DNA from: Chloroflexota bacterium
Lineage (GTDB): Bacteria > Chloroflexota > Dehalococcoidia > Lucifugimonadales > UBA3495
Direction: 5' to 3'
DNA length: 64,000 nt
Assembly: GCA_027623675.1 (NCBI GenBank)
Contig: JAQBVF010000011.1
Span: forward strand, 29,204 to 93,203
The notes beneath the pieces were generated by a model. That model was not told where the DNA came from and ran no database searches. It saw only the letters and a program-made list of their open reading frames with translations. Both the position numbers and the translations under genes were made by a program. Positions 1 through 10,663 of the stretch are shown one piece after another (the first letter of the stretch is position 1; each line of letters begins with the position of its first letter).

Positions 1-708
1 CTCCCGAAGCCCCAGGGAGAGATCCCGGTAGCCGGCATCGCCTTGAAACACGGTCAGTTCGCGGCCCATGTTGGGCAAAGAATGGGCGTCTGAGAAAGAC
101 ACGATGGTCTTTCCCGCCAGCGTCGGCACACTCCAGTTCATCGCCGGGTCGCTGGACAGGCCGGTCTCCACCGCCGGTATCTTCGGCGTCATGTCCAGGA
201 AACACTCATCCAGCGAGTCGAACCCCGACTTGGAACCCAACACCCCATACCAGGGCGTCCAGACGTGGGCTGGCACGACGATACAGGCAGGGTTGATGTC
301 CAGCAGCCGAGCCGTCAGGTCCCGGGCCGAAACTCTGACGGTTGGCCGGCCGTCGCCGTTCAGCTTGGTGTCCAAACCGTCCAACATGCGGCGAATGCCA
401 TATACGGCTTCCAGGTTCGGCGCGTAAACTAGGAGATGCACCCGGCGGGAGCGTCCGCCCTGCTTGAACACGCAGCTTAGCTCCGTCCCCAGCACGAATC
501 TCACGCCCTCAAACTGGTAAACGCCGTTATCCACCGGCGTCAGGTTTGCTTCAAGTTCAGCCAGCCAGGCTGGGTGGGTGTAGTCGGCGGTGGAAAGCAG
601 GTCGATGCCCTTCAGTTTGGCCCAAGCCGCCATGTTGGCCAGCGTCAGGTTCTTGCTGCACGCGTAGGCGTAGCGGGAATGGAGGTGCAAGTCCGCGGTG
701 AAAGCCAT
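1..708 (-). CDS. Endonuclease Q family / PHP-domain protein (partial; 3' end lies outside the window; not in the ORF track)
   Basis: Manual minus-strand translation from ATG 708: MAFTADLHLHSRYAYACSKNL...GTELSC...RRVHLL...PAHVWTPWYG...ETGLSSDP...SFSDAHS, which are the characteristic PHP/EndoQ metal motifs. Confidence 0.85.
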   Translation of the reverse strand, partial: MAFTADLHLHSRYAYACSKNLTLANMAAWAKLKGIDLLSTADYTHPAWLAELEANLTPVDNGVYQFEGVRFVLGTELSCVFKQGGRSRRVHLLVYAPNLEAVYGIRRMLDGLDTKLNGDGRPTVRVSARDLTARLLDINPACIVVPAHVWTPWYGVLGSKSGFDSLDECFLDMTPKIPAVETGLSSDPAMNWSVPTLAGKTIVSFSDAHSLPNMGRELTVFQGDAGYRDLSLGLRE

Positions 709-898
709 GGCGGGAGTCTAGCACGGCGTCAGGCTGGTGGGCCGGGCGGGCCGCACTCTAGGAAACCGGCGTGTCTGGTCTACCACAAGCATCTTGACCG
801 TTGGCGGCGCCGGTTCTATCCTTTAGAGTGATTTTCATACAGATTCGCGAACTGCGCCCGCCATTGATTGACAACCCCGTTACCATTAGGAGCCTAAG

Positions 899-1210
899 AT
901 GACCACCAGCGCCAAATCGGCAACCGAAGTTAAACCCATGGGAGACCGCGTTTTGGTTCGCCCCAGCGATCAAGAAGGCGTCACCAAAGGCGGCATCTTC
1001 CTGCCCGACACCGCCCAAGAGCGCCCGCAACAGGGCGAGGTACTGGCGGTGGGACCGGGCCGTGTGCTCAAGAACGGCAAACGGGTCAAGATTGATATGA
1101 AGGCCGGGGACACGGTGATCTACTCCAAGTTCGCCGGGACCGAGATTTCCGTTGCAGACGAGGACCTTTTGGTCTTGGGGGCCAACGAGATCCTGGCCGT
1201 CCTTTCCTAG
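899..1210 (+). CDS. groES: Co-chaperonin GroES
   Basis: KPMGDRVLV, TKGGIFLPDTAQERPQQGEVLAVGPG motifs; directly upstream of groEL. Confidence 0.97.
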   Translation: MTTSAKSATEVKPMGDRVLVRPSDQEGVTKGGIFLPDTAQERPQQGEVLAVGPGRVLKNGKRVKIDMKAGDTVIYSKFAGTEISVADEDLLVLGANEILAVLS

Positions 1211-1248
1211 TTTCGATCAACCGTAACGATAGATAGTTCACCGCGTAG

Positions 1249-2898
<1,650 letters not shown>

Positions 2899-2935
2899 GC
2901 CCGGGATTAGGCCCAGGCGCTAGCCGCAAGCTATT

Positions 2936-2991
2936 ACCCAGAAATCAGAAAAGGGTCCGCCGATCGGCGGACCCTTTTCTGATTTCTGGGT
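2936..2991. terminator. Perfect 56-bp palindrome; probable bidirectional intrinsic terminator
   Basis: acccagaaatcagaaaagggtccgccga|tcggcggacccttttctgatttctgggt; GC-rich core flanked by A/T tracts, between convergent genes. Confidence 0.8.
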
Positions 2992-3018
2992 TTGGCGCCT
3001 ATTGGTGTCTATCGATGT

Positions 3019-3777
3019 CTAAGCGTAGAGGAGCAGAACGTCCGCCAGTTCCTCCGGATGCTGGGCCATCACCTGGTGGCAGGAATCAATCTCAACCATC
3101 TCAACGCCCTCAAGGCGCTCCGCCATCCTACGTTGGGAATCGGGCGGGACCATCTTGTCCTGGGTAAGCACGACGTAGGTCACCGGACAGGGGAGTTCCG
3201 AGTCTTCCATCGTCGAACGCGACTTCAGCACCCGGGTGGGCAGCGGACCAAAGAACCCGACAAGCTGCACCACGGCCATCGGATCCATGCCGTTGCACAG
3301 GTAACCGCTGATGGCCGGGCGCGGCAGCTTAAGTTCCTGGCGCGACAAAGAACTGAGCGCGGACAGTATGCCGAAAACCGTCCGTACCTTGCGCGAGCAG
3401 GCGCTGAGTATAGACCGCTGGGGCGGCGGCACGATCCCCGCCACTAGCACAACCCGCTTGGGCGCGGCCTTCATCTCCCGGGCGGCTTGTAGCACCAAAC
3501 TCCCGGCGAACCCGTGACCAACCAGCACCAAGTCTTTCAACCCCTCCCGGTCCACGGCCCTGGTGATGGACTGGACGCACTCTTCCAAACGCACGGCCGA
3601 TGTGTCCCCGCCAGCGTCGGCGCCGTGGCCGGGCAGGTCAAGGGGATGCACCCGGTTGGCCCGGCGGCGTTTATGTAAAGTTGGCGGGTTGTCCTCCGGC
3701 GCAGTCAGACGTCCCCAGACAGGCCCCCAACTCCAAGCTCCCTGTCCAGCGCCGTGCACCAGTAGATAGTCGGTCAT
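3019..3777 (-). CDS. Alpha/beta hydrolase fold protein (esterase-like; Gly at the nucleophile position)
   Basis: LLVHGAGQGAWSW, DLPGHG, LVGHGFAG, TQDKMV, SCHQVM motifs. Confidence 0.85.
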   Translation of the reverse strand: MTDYLLVHGAGQGAWSWGPVWGRLTAPEDNPPTLHKRRRANRVHPLDLPGHGADAGGDTSAVRLEECVQSITRAVDREGLKDLVLVGHGFAGSLVLQAAREMKAAPKRVVLVAGIVPPPQRSILSACSRKVRTVFGILSALSSLSRQELKLPRPAISGYLCNGMDPMAVVQLVGFFGPLPTRVLKSRSTMEDSELPCPVTYVVLTQDKMVPPDSQRRMAERLEGVEMVEIDSCHQVMAQHPEELADVLLLYA

Positions 3778-3826
3778 CCAGCTTCCTCATCAATGGCTAT
3801 TATGGTCTCAACCCGAAACCCCGGAA

Positions 3827-5185
3827 TCATTGGGCAACCGCGGCCCGGAGAGCGGCCAGCAAAGGTCTGTCCTCTTCCGGCAGCACCGTGCGCGGGTCGA
3901 GCAGCACCCGGTCTTCTTCGATGCGGGCGACCACCGGCGAGCCGCCCTGCCTGAGCCGGCGCATGACCTCTTCGGGACCAACGCCTTGGCAATCGATCGA
4001 TAGCACCCAGGAAGGCAGCGTCTCCCCCGGAAGGCTTCCGCCGCCGACGGCAGAACGGCTCTTCTCCACCGTGGAGGGGCATTTCAGGCCTTTCTTCCAA
4101 GCCTGCGCCCTTTTCTTGATGTCTTGCTCCGGTGTTGAGATCATGCGCCAGACGGGTATCTCCCGCTCGGCTTCACCGCGCAGGTAGTGCACCAGCGTGG
4201 CGGTGAGACTGGCCAGGCTCAACTTGTCGATGCGGACCGCCCGGGCCAGGGGATGCCGGGCCAGCGCATCCACCAATTCTTTCTTGCCGACCACTATCCC
4301 CGCTTGCGGCCCGCCCAGCAGCTTGTCGCCGGAGAAGAACACCAGACCGGCGCCGTCCCTGATGCTCTCTTGGGGAGTGGGCTCATGGGCCATTCCGTAG
4401 CTCTCGGTCAACAAAAGGCTGCCGCTGCCCACATCGTGCAATACCGGAACTCCCCGCTTTCTGCCCACCTCAACCAAGTCGGCCGTTTCCACCGAAGCGG
4501 TGAAGCCTTCGACCCTGAAATTGCTGGCGTGGACCTTTAGAAACGCCGCCGTGTTTTCGGTTACCGCGTCGTCATAGTCGCGGACGTAGGTCCGGTTGGT
4601 GGTGCCCACGTCAACCAACGTGCCTCCCGACTGCCGCAGCACGTCGGGCACCCGGAAGCCGCCGCCAATCTCCACCGCTTCGGACCGGGAGACGATCACC
4701 TCTTTGCCGGCGGCCAAAGCCGACAGGCCCAGCAGCATGGCCGAGGCGTTGTTGTTCACCGCCAGCGCCGCCTCAGCCCCAGTGATCTGGCGCAGCAGCG
4801 ACTGCAGTTTGGCCTGCCTGGAACCCCGGCGTCCGGTTGCCAGGTCCAGTTCCAGGTTGGAATACCCTTGCGCCGCCTGGCTGGCGGCCTCGATGGCGGC
4901 CCTGCTCAGCGGCGCGCGGCCCAGGTTGGTGTGGATCACCACCCCGGTGGCGTTGATCACATGCCGTGGCTCGGCGCGCATGGTGTCTTCTATCTGCAGG
5001 CAGACCGACATTGCGATCTGACCGGCGTCGGGCGAGTCGGCCCCCTTCCTGATCCGATCCCGGGCCGAGTCCAGCTCCCGGCGGACAAGATCCACGACCC
5101 AATCACGGTCGAATGACTGGGCGGCGGCGGCCACATCTTCGTTGGCCAGAACGCTATCAACGCTGGGGAGATTGCGGAATTGCAT
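3827..5185 (-). CDS. selA: L-seryl-tRNA(Sec) selenium transferase
   Basis: INATGVVIHTNLGRAPL, VNNNA, EIGGGFRVPDV, FSGDKLLGGPQAG (PLP Lys), GGGSLP. Confidence 0.96.
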   Translation of the reverse strand: MQFRNLPSVDSVLANEDVAAAAQSFDRDWVVDLVRRELDSARDRIRKGADSPDAGQIAMSVCLQIEDTMRAEPRHVINATGVVIHTNLGRAPLSRAAIEAASQAAQGYSNLELDLATGRRGSRQAKLQSLLRQITGAEAALAVNNNASAMLLGLSALAAGKEVIVSRSEAVEIGGGFRVPDVLRQSGGTLVDVGTTNRTYVRDYDDAVTENTAAFLKVHASNFRVEGFTASVETADLVEVGRKRGVPVLHDVGSGSLLLTESYGMAHEPTPQESIRDGAGLVFFSGDKLLGGPQAGIVVGKKELVDALARHPLARAVRIDKLSLASLTATLVHYLRGEAEREIPVWRMISTPEQDIKKRAQAWKKGLKCPSTVEKSRSAVGGGSLPGETLPSWVLSIDCQGVGPEEVMRRLRQGGSPVVARIEEDRVLLDPRTVLPEEDRPLLAALRAAVAQ

Positions 5186-5599
5186 CTACCTGGTCCGATA
5201 TCTGTAGGTTTGCGAGAGTGTGCCTAGAGCGGGTCTTATTCTAGCATGAGAGCCTGGTTAACCAACCGGACCACCCCCTGCATCAACTGGTTCTTCTTTA
5301 TGGCTGCATCCGAGCGGCTCGCACCTCACATCGGCGATGCAAGCCGGAGCGTATGCGCCTACCCTGATGAGTAATCTTTCAGGAACCGAAATCGTTTTCG
5401 CCCGCCGCGAAAGGTTCTATACTCAGATGGTTACCCTCGATTCGGGATTTCGCGCCTGAGGATGCGGGTCGAACGGGTCCACTGATCCCTGCGGGAGACG
5501 ATCTGGCCGGAAAACGCCGGCTTCCATTGAAACGAGAAACGCGCAAGCAACACCCATGTCACCCGCCCGATTCAAGGAGTTAGCTAAGGCCATGGCACG

Positions 5600-6094
5600 A
5601 TGAGCGGCAAAAAATGGATTTTAGGAGTATCGGCAGCCGGGGTGCTGGCCGCCGGTTTGCTTATCTGGTGGCTTACCGCCGTGTTCACCGGGGCCGGGTC
5701 GAGCGAACCGGCTGCCGGATTGGTTAAACCTCTGGAAACAGCGCAGATCGATCGCGGTCGGGCCATCTACGGTGCGAACTGCGCCGTGTGCCACGGGGCA
5801 AACGCCGAGGGTCAGCCACTTTGGCAAAAGCGAAACGATGACGGGACCTTGAAACCGCCGCCCCATGACGAATCAGGGCATACCTGGCATCACGCCGACG
5901 GCCTGCTCTTTCGCATCATTCGAGACGGCGGGAAGATCTACGAGACGGAGGGGTTCACCAGCGGCATGCCGGCCTTTGGCGACCGTCTAAACTCCGCCGA
6001 GATCACCGCCGTGATCGCCTATTTCAAAAGCCTGTGGGGACCGGAGATAAGGTCATCCCAGGCGGAGGTAAGCCAGCAAGACCCCTTCCCATAA
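5600..6094 (+). CDS. Membrane-anchored monoheme cytochrome c
   Basis: N-terminal hydrophobic helix, CAVCH heme motif, PPPHDESGHTWHH, MPAF distal Met. Confidence 0.9.
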   Translation: MSGKKWILGVSAAGVLAAGLLIWWLTAVFTGAGSSEPAAGLVKPLETAQIDRGRAIYGANCAVCHGANAEGQPLWQKRNDDGTLKPPPHDESGHTWHHADGLLFRIIRDGGKIYETEGFTSGMPAFGDRLNSAEITAVIAYFKSLWGPEIRSSQAEVSQQDPFP

Positions 6095-6241
6095 CCGGTC
6101 GAGTTTGCCGCTCCCCCAACGCCAACCATGCCAACGGTCAAGAAGTAAACCTGGCATTTGCGAAACCCTGGGTATAAAATGTCACCAATCCGATATTGGA
6201 ATTTCGCCACCTGTCCGGTGGCCGGCAGCAGTGCAGCGGAA

Positions 6242-6448
6242 ATGAAACCAAAGCTAGCCGCAATCTTAGTCGTTGGGATACTCTCCCTTTCCATCGTCGT
6301 GGCCGCCGTTGCAGCCGTCAGTCAGGCTTTGGCGGAAGAACCCGGCGCCTCCAGCATCGCCCTCGGCAGCTACCCCAGCCAGACCGGCGACACCGAAGAC
6401 CAGGGCGGCCTGGCCGGCACATTTTTCCGGGTCTGCCCCTTCCACTAA
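6242..6448 (+). CDS. Small (68 aa) exported or membrane peptide ending in CPFH
   Basis: MKPKLAAILVVGILSLSIVVAAVAAVSQALA signal-like segment; C-terminal FFRVCPFH; same strand as both neighbours. Confidence 0.55.
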   Translation: MKPKLAAILVVGILSLSIVVAAVAAVSQALAEEPGASSIALGSYPSQTGDTEDQGGLAGTFFRVCPFH

Positions 6449-6605
6449 CATCGGTTACCAACGAATATCACAATGACATCCGGCTTTCGCCGGGTTCATT
6501 ATTCCCTGCGTATCTTCTTAGGAATCGATCTGCCGAATGGTTTGCCGTCTTAGGACCGCTGTGGGGGAGCCATAGCATCGGAGACCGGTGACGGGACGGG
6601 AATCG

Positions 6606-7326
6606 ATGGATAGCTGCTGCCAGGACAAAGCCTGCGAACTGGAGGCGTTGCGGGGAACCCAATACAGGGTTCTGTGGATCGTGTTGGGAATCAACGCGGG
6701 AATGTTTACCGTAGAAGTGATCCTCGGATTATTGGCCGGTTCCACCGCCTTGCTGGCCGACTCTCTAGACATGCTGGGGGATGCCTTGGTCTACGGGTTC
6801 AGCATATTTGTTGTAGCCCGCGGGACCCGGTGGAGAGCCAGCGCGGCCCTGCTTAAAGGGCTTGTAATGGCGGGTTTTGGCCTGATGGTCCTGACCCAAG
6901 CGGGTTACCACTTCATCTCGCCTGAAGTGCCAGATTTCAAGTTGATGGGGGTAGCCGGCGCGCTAGCCTTGGCGGCGAACGCCACCTGCTTGCTATTGCT
7001 GACAAACCACCGGAATGATGACCTTAATATGCGTTCAACTTGGATATGCTCTCGAAACGACATCATCGCCAATCTGGGAATCTTGGTGGCGGCAATCGCT
7101 GTGTTTGCCACGGGTTCCATGTGGCCGGACCTGGTCGTTGGCCTGTTAATCACGGTGGTTTTCATAAGGTCGGCGGTCCATGTAGTACCGGCTGGCTATC
7201 AGCGAACTTCGCACCCCTGCGGTAATAGGACCGGTCCAGTGGCCGACCAACTCCGTGGCACTGGTCCTGAAGCCATGCAATACCGGCGCTTGCTCGCCTG
7301 GCTCTTGCACCTGTGCGATCGGTTAA
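6606..7326 (+). CDS. Cation diffusion facilitator (CDF) family transporter, with an apparent 1-nt frameshift near 7188
   Basis: LLADSLDMLGDA, DLNMRSTWICSRNDIIAN, WPDL motifs; the +1 frame after 7188 gives RLAISEL...CNTGACSPGSCTCAIG* ending at 7326. Confidence 0.8.
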
Positions 7327-7518
7327 ACCTTGGGATGTTGCGGCCGCGGACTTCTTACCGACGGGCATCGATGCACGATGACGCCCTCCTTCGATTTGAT
7401 TAGACCGACCAGTATTGAGTAGGTATCCTTTCGCCTCTGGTTGACCTCGGGACGCTCTGGGCCGTATGTTTCTTCTGCCCAATCCAGCCCGAACGACGCC
7501 ACAGCGGAGAAGAAACTC

Positions 7519-8751
7519 ATGCAGCAAGGCCTCCCCCCGGAACTCGACGCCCTGAAGAACACCATCCGGCAGATCGTGAAGGACGAATGCTATCCCTTGG
7601 AGGCGGAGTTCCTGGCCAACCCGTCTGATGAGAACAACCCCGATGAAGGCGCGCCCAGAGGCATCGCCGAAGCCCTGTCCGGCCTGTTGGGCACCCTGCC
7701 TAAGGAGAATTGGGACCGCCTGAACCAGGTCTCCAAGGAAACCGGCATCTACACGTCATTCGTTCCGGAAGAGTACGGCGGCGGCGGCATGGGGGCCCTG
7801 GGCCACGTCATCCTCGACGAAGAGGTCCACAAGAGTATCGTGCAGTTGCCCACCTCGCCGGTGCCCATGATGATGATCGGCGCGGCCACTCCCGAACAGG
7901 AACGGGAATACCTGCTGCCGTCGGTCGAGGGTAAGTTGCACTACGCCTTTGGGCAGACCGAGCCCAACGCCGGCTCAGACCCCGGCGGCATGATGCAGAC
8001 CAGGGCCGTGCTGGACGGCGACGAATGGGTGCTGAACGGCACCAAGACTTTCATCTCGGGCGCGGCCTCCGCCGACTATCTGCTGGTCCAAGCGGTCACC
8101 GACCCCGAGAAGCGTCAGCGCGGCGGGATCACCATGTTCATCATCGACAACCCGTCAGAGGGCATGAGTTTCGACCCCATCCGGCTGTGGATCAACTCCA
8201 CCAAAGCGCAGCAATTCACGGTCAATCTGGACAACGTGCGCGTTCCCCAGACCAAGGTGCTGGGCGAGGTGGGCCAGGGGTTCACCCTGGGACAGAAATG
8301 GCTGGTGCACCACGACCGGCTGCTTCGCGGCTCCATGGCCACCGGAATCCTGAGCCGCGCCCTGGAGATGGCCATCGAATGGGCCAAGGAGCGGGTCACC
8401 TACGGCCGTCCCATCGCCGACCGGCAAGCCATCCAATGGATGCTGACCGACGTGTATATCGACATCATGACGCTCCGCGCCTCCACCAGGGAGACCGCCA
8501 GGCGCGCCGACAACGGCGAAGACGTGCGAGTGGAAGCCTCAATGATCAAATACTGCGCTGGAGAATGGGGTTGGCGGAGCATCGATAAAATCATGCAGGT
8601 GTTCGGCGGCAACGGCGAGACCCTGGACCTGCCCATCGCCCACTGGTATCACATACTGCGCCACGCCCGCATCGGCGGCGGCACCTCCGAGATACACAAG
8701 TTCGTCATGGCCCGCGGCCTGTTGGACGGGCGGGTCAATTTCCAGGGCTAA
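7519..8751 (+). CDS. Acyl-CoA dehydrogenase family protein
   Basis: FGQTEPNAGSD, WVLNGTKTFIS, RQAIQWML, QVFGGNG, RIGGGTSEI. Confidence 0.93.
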   Translation: MQQGLPPELDALKNTIRQIVKDECYPLEAEFLANPSDENNPDEGAPRGIAEALSGLLGTLPKENWDRLNQVSKETGIYTSFVPEEYGGGGMGALGHVILDEEVHKSIVQLPTSPVPMMMIGAATPEQEREYLLPSVEGKLHYAFGQTEPNAGSDPGGMMQTRAVLDGDEWVLNGTKTFISGAASADYLLVQAVTDPEKRQRGGITMFIIDNPSEGMSFDPIRLWINSTKAQQFTVNLDNVRVPQTKVLGEVGQGFTLGQKWLVHHDRLLRGSMATGILSRALEMAIEWAKERVTYGRPIADRQAIQWMLTDVYIDIMTLRASTRETARRADNGEDVRVEASMIKYCAGEWGWRSIDKIMQVFGGNGETLDLPIAHWYHILRHARIGGGTSEIHKFVMARGLLDGRVNFQG

Positions 8752-8943
8752 CGCCGGGGGAAGCACCGGGCGTAGTGCCAGAGATGGCACCGGCCCAACA
8801 CAATGTTGGGGTGATTCAGGGATAAATCAGCCAGGCAAACACGGACGGACGGCGGACCCCGCACGGTAAAATTTTCTGGCGGGCAAAAGCGCCCGAGTAA
8901 ACACGCCCGCCAAATTTCACCACCACCGGCCGATCGTTCTCAG

Positions 8944-9570
8944 ATGGTTCAGATCTCCCACACATCGCACCACGCCAACCTGCCGGTCCAGGACCAGGCG
9001 GGGATGACGACCTGCTTCAACTGCCTGATCGAGACCCACCAGACCCAGGCCTACAACCTGGCACGGCGGATGCTGACCGATTGGTCCCTGGCCGAGGATG
9101 CGGTGCAGGAGAGTTTCGTCTCGGCCTACCGCGCCTTCAACCGGTTCCGGGGCGAGAACCTGACGGCCTGGGTGCTGCGCATCGTCGCCAACACCTGCCG
9201 CGACATGCTGCGCGCCCGCAAGGCCCGGCCGGCAATCTCGCTGGACCCACTTCCCAACACCGACCCCAGCGAACCTCAGGGCCCCAGCGCCCTAGATATA
9301 CCTTCCAACGATCCATCTCCCGAAGACCAGGCCGAGCGGTCGGAACTGAGGGACGCCATCCAGGCCGGGTTGGACACGCTCCAAGAGGACCAACGCCTGG
9401 CCGTACTGCTGGTGGACGTGAATGGGCTGAGCTACGAAGAAGCGTCCGAGTCCATGGGCTGCTCGCTGGGCACGGTCAAGTCGCGGGTGAGCCGGGGCCG
9501 GGGCGGACTGCGGGACTACCTACGGCAGACCGGGGAACTTTTGCCCTCCCGTTTCCGTCAAGAAGAGTAG
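8944..9570 (+). CDS. ECF RNA polymerase sigma factor
   Basis: Region 2 AEDAVQESF / WVLRIVAN; region 4 GLSYEE...GTVKSRVSRGR. Confidence 0.93.
   Translation: MVQISHTSHHANLPVQDQAGMTTCFNCLIETHQTQAYNLARRMLTDWSLAEDAVQESFVSAYRAFNRFRGENLTAWVLRIVANTCRDMLRARKARPAISLDPLPNTDPSEPQGPSALDIPSNDPSPEDQAERSELRDAIQAGLDTLQEDQRLAVLLVDVNGLSYEEASESMGCSLGTVKSRVSRGRGGLRDYLRQTGELLPSRFRQEE
9534..9560 (+). promoter_or_regulatory. Putative ECF-type promoter inside the 3' end of the sigma gene
   Basis: GGAACT(9534-9539)-N16-CGTC(9556-9559); same motif as 10551-10578. Confidence 0.65.
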
Positions 9571-9577
9571 ATCAGCT

Positions 9578-10480
9578 ATGTGGATACTCAGATCATCACA
9601 TAAGCATATAAGCCAGGAAACGCTCAGCGAATACCTGGACGGACGGCTGCAGGGCCGGCCCTTGGAACGGGTCGAACGGCAGCTTGGGGAGTGTGACGCC
9701 TGCCGCCAGGAGCTGGACGAGTTGCAGGCCACCGTGTCCCTGATGCGCCAGTTGCCCATGGAGACACCCCACCGCAGCTTCGTGATGAGCGCCCCGCCTC
9801 CGGGATTGGCGCGGGCCCGCCGGGCGTTCGTGCTGCGGGCCCCTGATTGGGTCTACGCCGGGGCTGCTTCGGTGGCCGCGTTGGCCCTGGCCATCACGGT
9901 CTCGGTCGACGCCACCGGCGGGCTATCGCCGGACTCGTTCCGTGACGACGCACCGGTGGCGAACGTTGCCGCCGCCCGAACATGGGACCAGTCTCGTGCG
10001 TCCGGGGCGGCAGCAGGGCCAGTGGAAGAGTCCGCCGTCCCGCCCACGCCAGGAGCCGGAGCAGCAGCGGAAAACGGAAGTGACGGCGCCGCCCCGCAGT
10101 CATTGACGGCGTCTGTCCCCTCAACCGCTCCGGTTGACCAACCGGCCCCGTTGGAATCGGCAGTGGTTACACCCACTGCCGCCGATGCGGCGCCGCCCTC
10201 TGTGGTGGAATCAACCCCGCCTCCGGCGTCGGCTCTCCCAGATGTCGGCGACCCTGCCGCAACCGTAGATGGTCCAGCGGGGGAAAGTCGAACGGCCAAG
10301 ACGCTCGCCACACAACCGCCAACGGCGGCGCCCGAACCAGCCGGGCTCGAATCGTTCAACTACGCCGACGACGGCGGCACTTCGGTCTGGTGGCGCCTGC
10401 TGGAGGTGATGGCCGGCCTATCAGCGGTGGCCTTCGTGGCCGGTCTGTTCCTACGCAGGCGTTCGAACCGGCTGGACTAG
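9578..10480 (+). CDS. Transmembrane anti-sigma factor with zf-HC2-like N-terminus
   Basis: LSEYLDG...QLGECDACRQEL; TM helix; long Ala/Pro-rich region; C-terminal TM followed by RRR. Confidence 0.85.
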   Translation: MWILRSSHKHISQETLSEYLDGRLQGRPLERVERQLGECDACRQELDELQATVSLMRQLPMETPHRSFVMSAPPPGLARARRAFVLRAPDWVYAGAASVAALALAITVSVDATGGLSPDSFRDDAPVANVAAARTWDQSRASGAAAGPVEESAVPPTPGAGAAAENGSDGAAPQSLTASVPSTAPVDQPAPLESAVVTPTAADAAPPSVVESTPPPASALPDVGDPAATVDGPAGESRTAKTLATQPPTAAPEPAGLESFNYADDGGTSVWWRLLEVMAGLSAVAFVAGLFLRRRSNRLD

Positions 10481-10550
10481 CGCGACAGCCGGCGCACCCG
10501 GGTTATCCCGGCGGCCCACCCGCCGGTCGAATATCACGGCCCACGGCCCG

Positions 10551-10578
10551 GGAACTTTTTGGAGCGCCCCTCCGTCTT
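10551..10578 (+). promoter_or_regulatory. Putative ECF-type promoter upstream of the SIMPL gene
   Basis: GGAACTTTTT...TCCGTCTT with a 16-nt spacer between GGAACT and CGTC. Confidence 0.7.
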
Positions 10579-10663
10579 AACCATTGTAAACAACGCCGCT
10601 GGCCCGTGATGCAAGAAGCATATCGAAGTAGCGCGGCGGAGAAACTAGGAGAGATGAACGACG

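Noticed and set aside
709..898. CIRCE operator upstream of groES
   Set aside because: No TTAGCACTC-N9-GAGTGCTAA match
5360..5400. CTGATGAG...CGAAA resembling a hammerhead ribozyme core
   Set aside because: The intervening bases do not form stem II, and no convincing stems I or III are present
3827..7500. Selenoprotein, SECIS or tRNA-Sec near selA
   Set aside because: No selB, selC or selD recognised, and no in-frame UGA readthrough candidate in neighbouring genes
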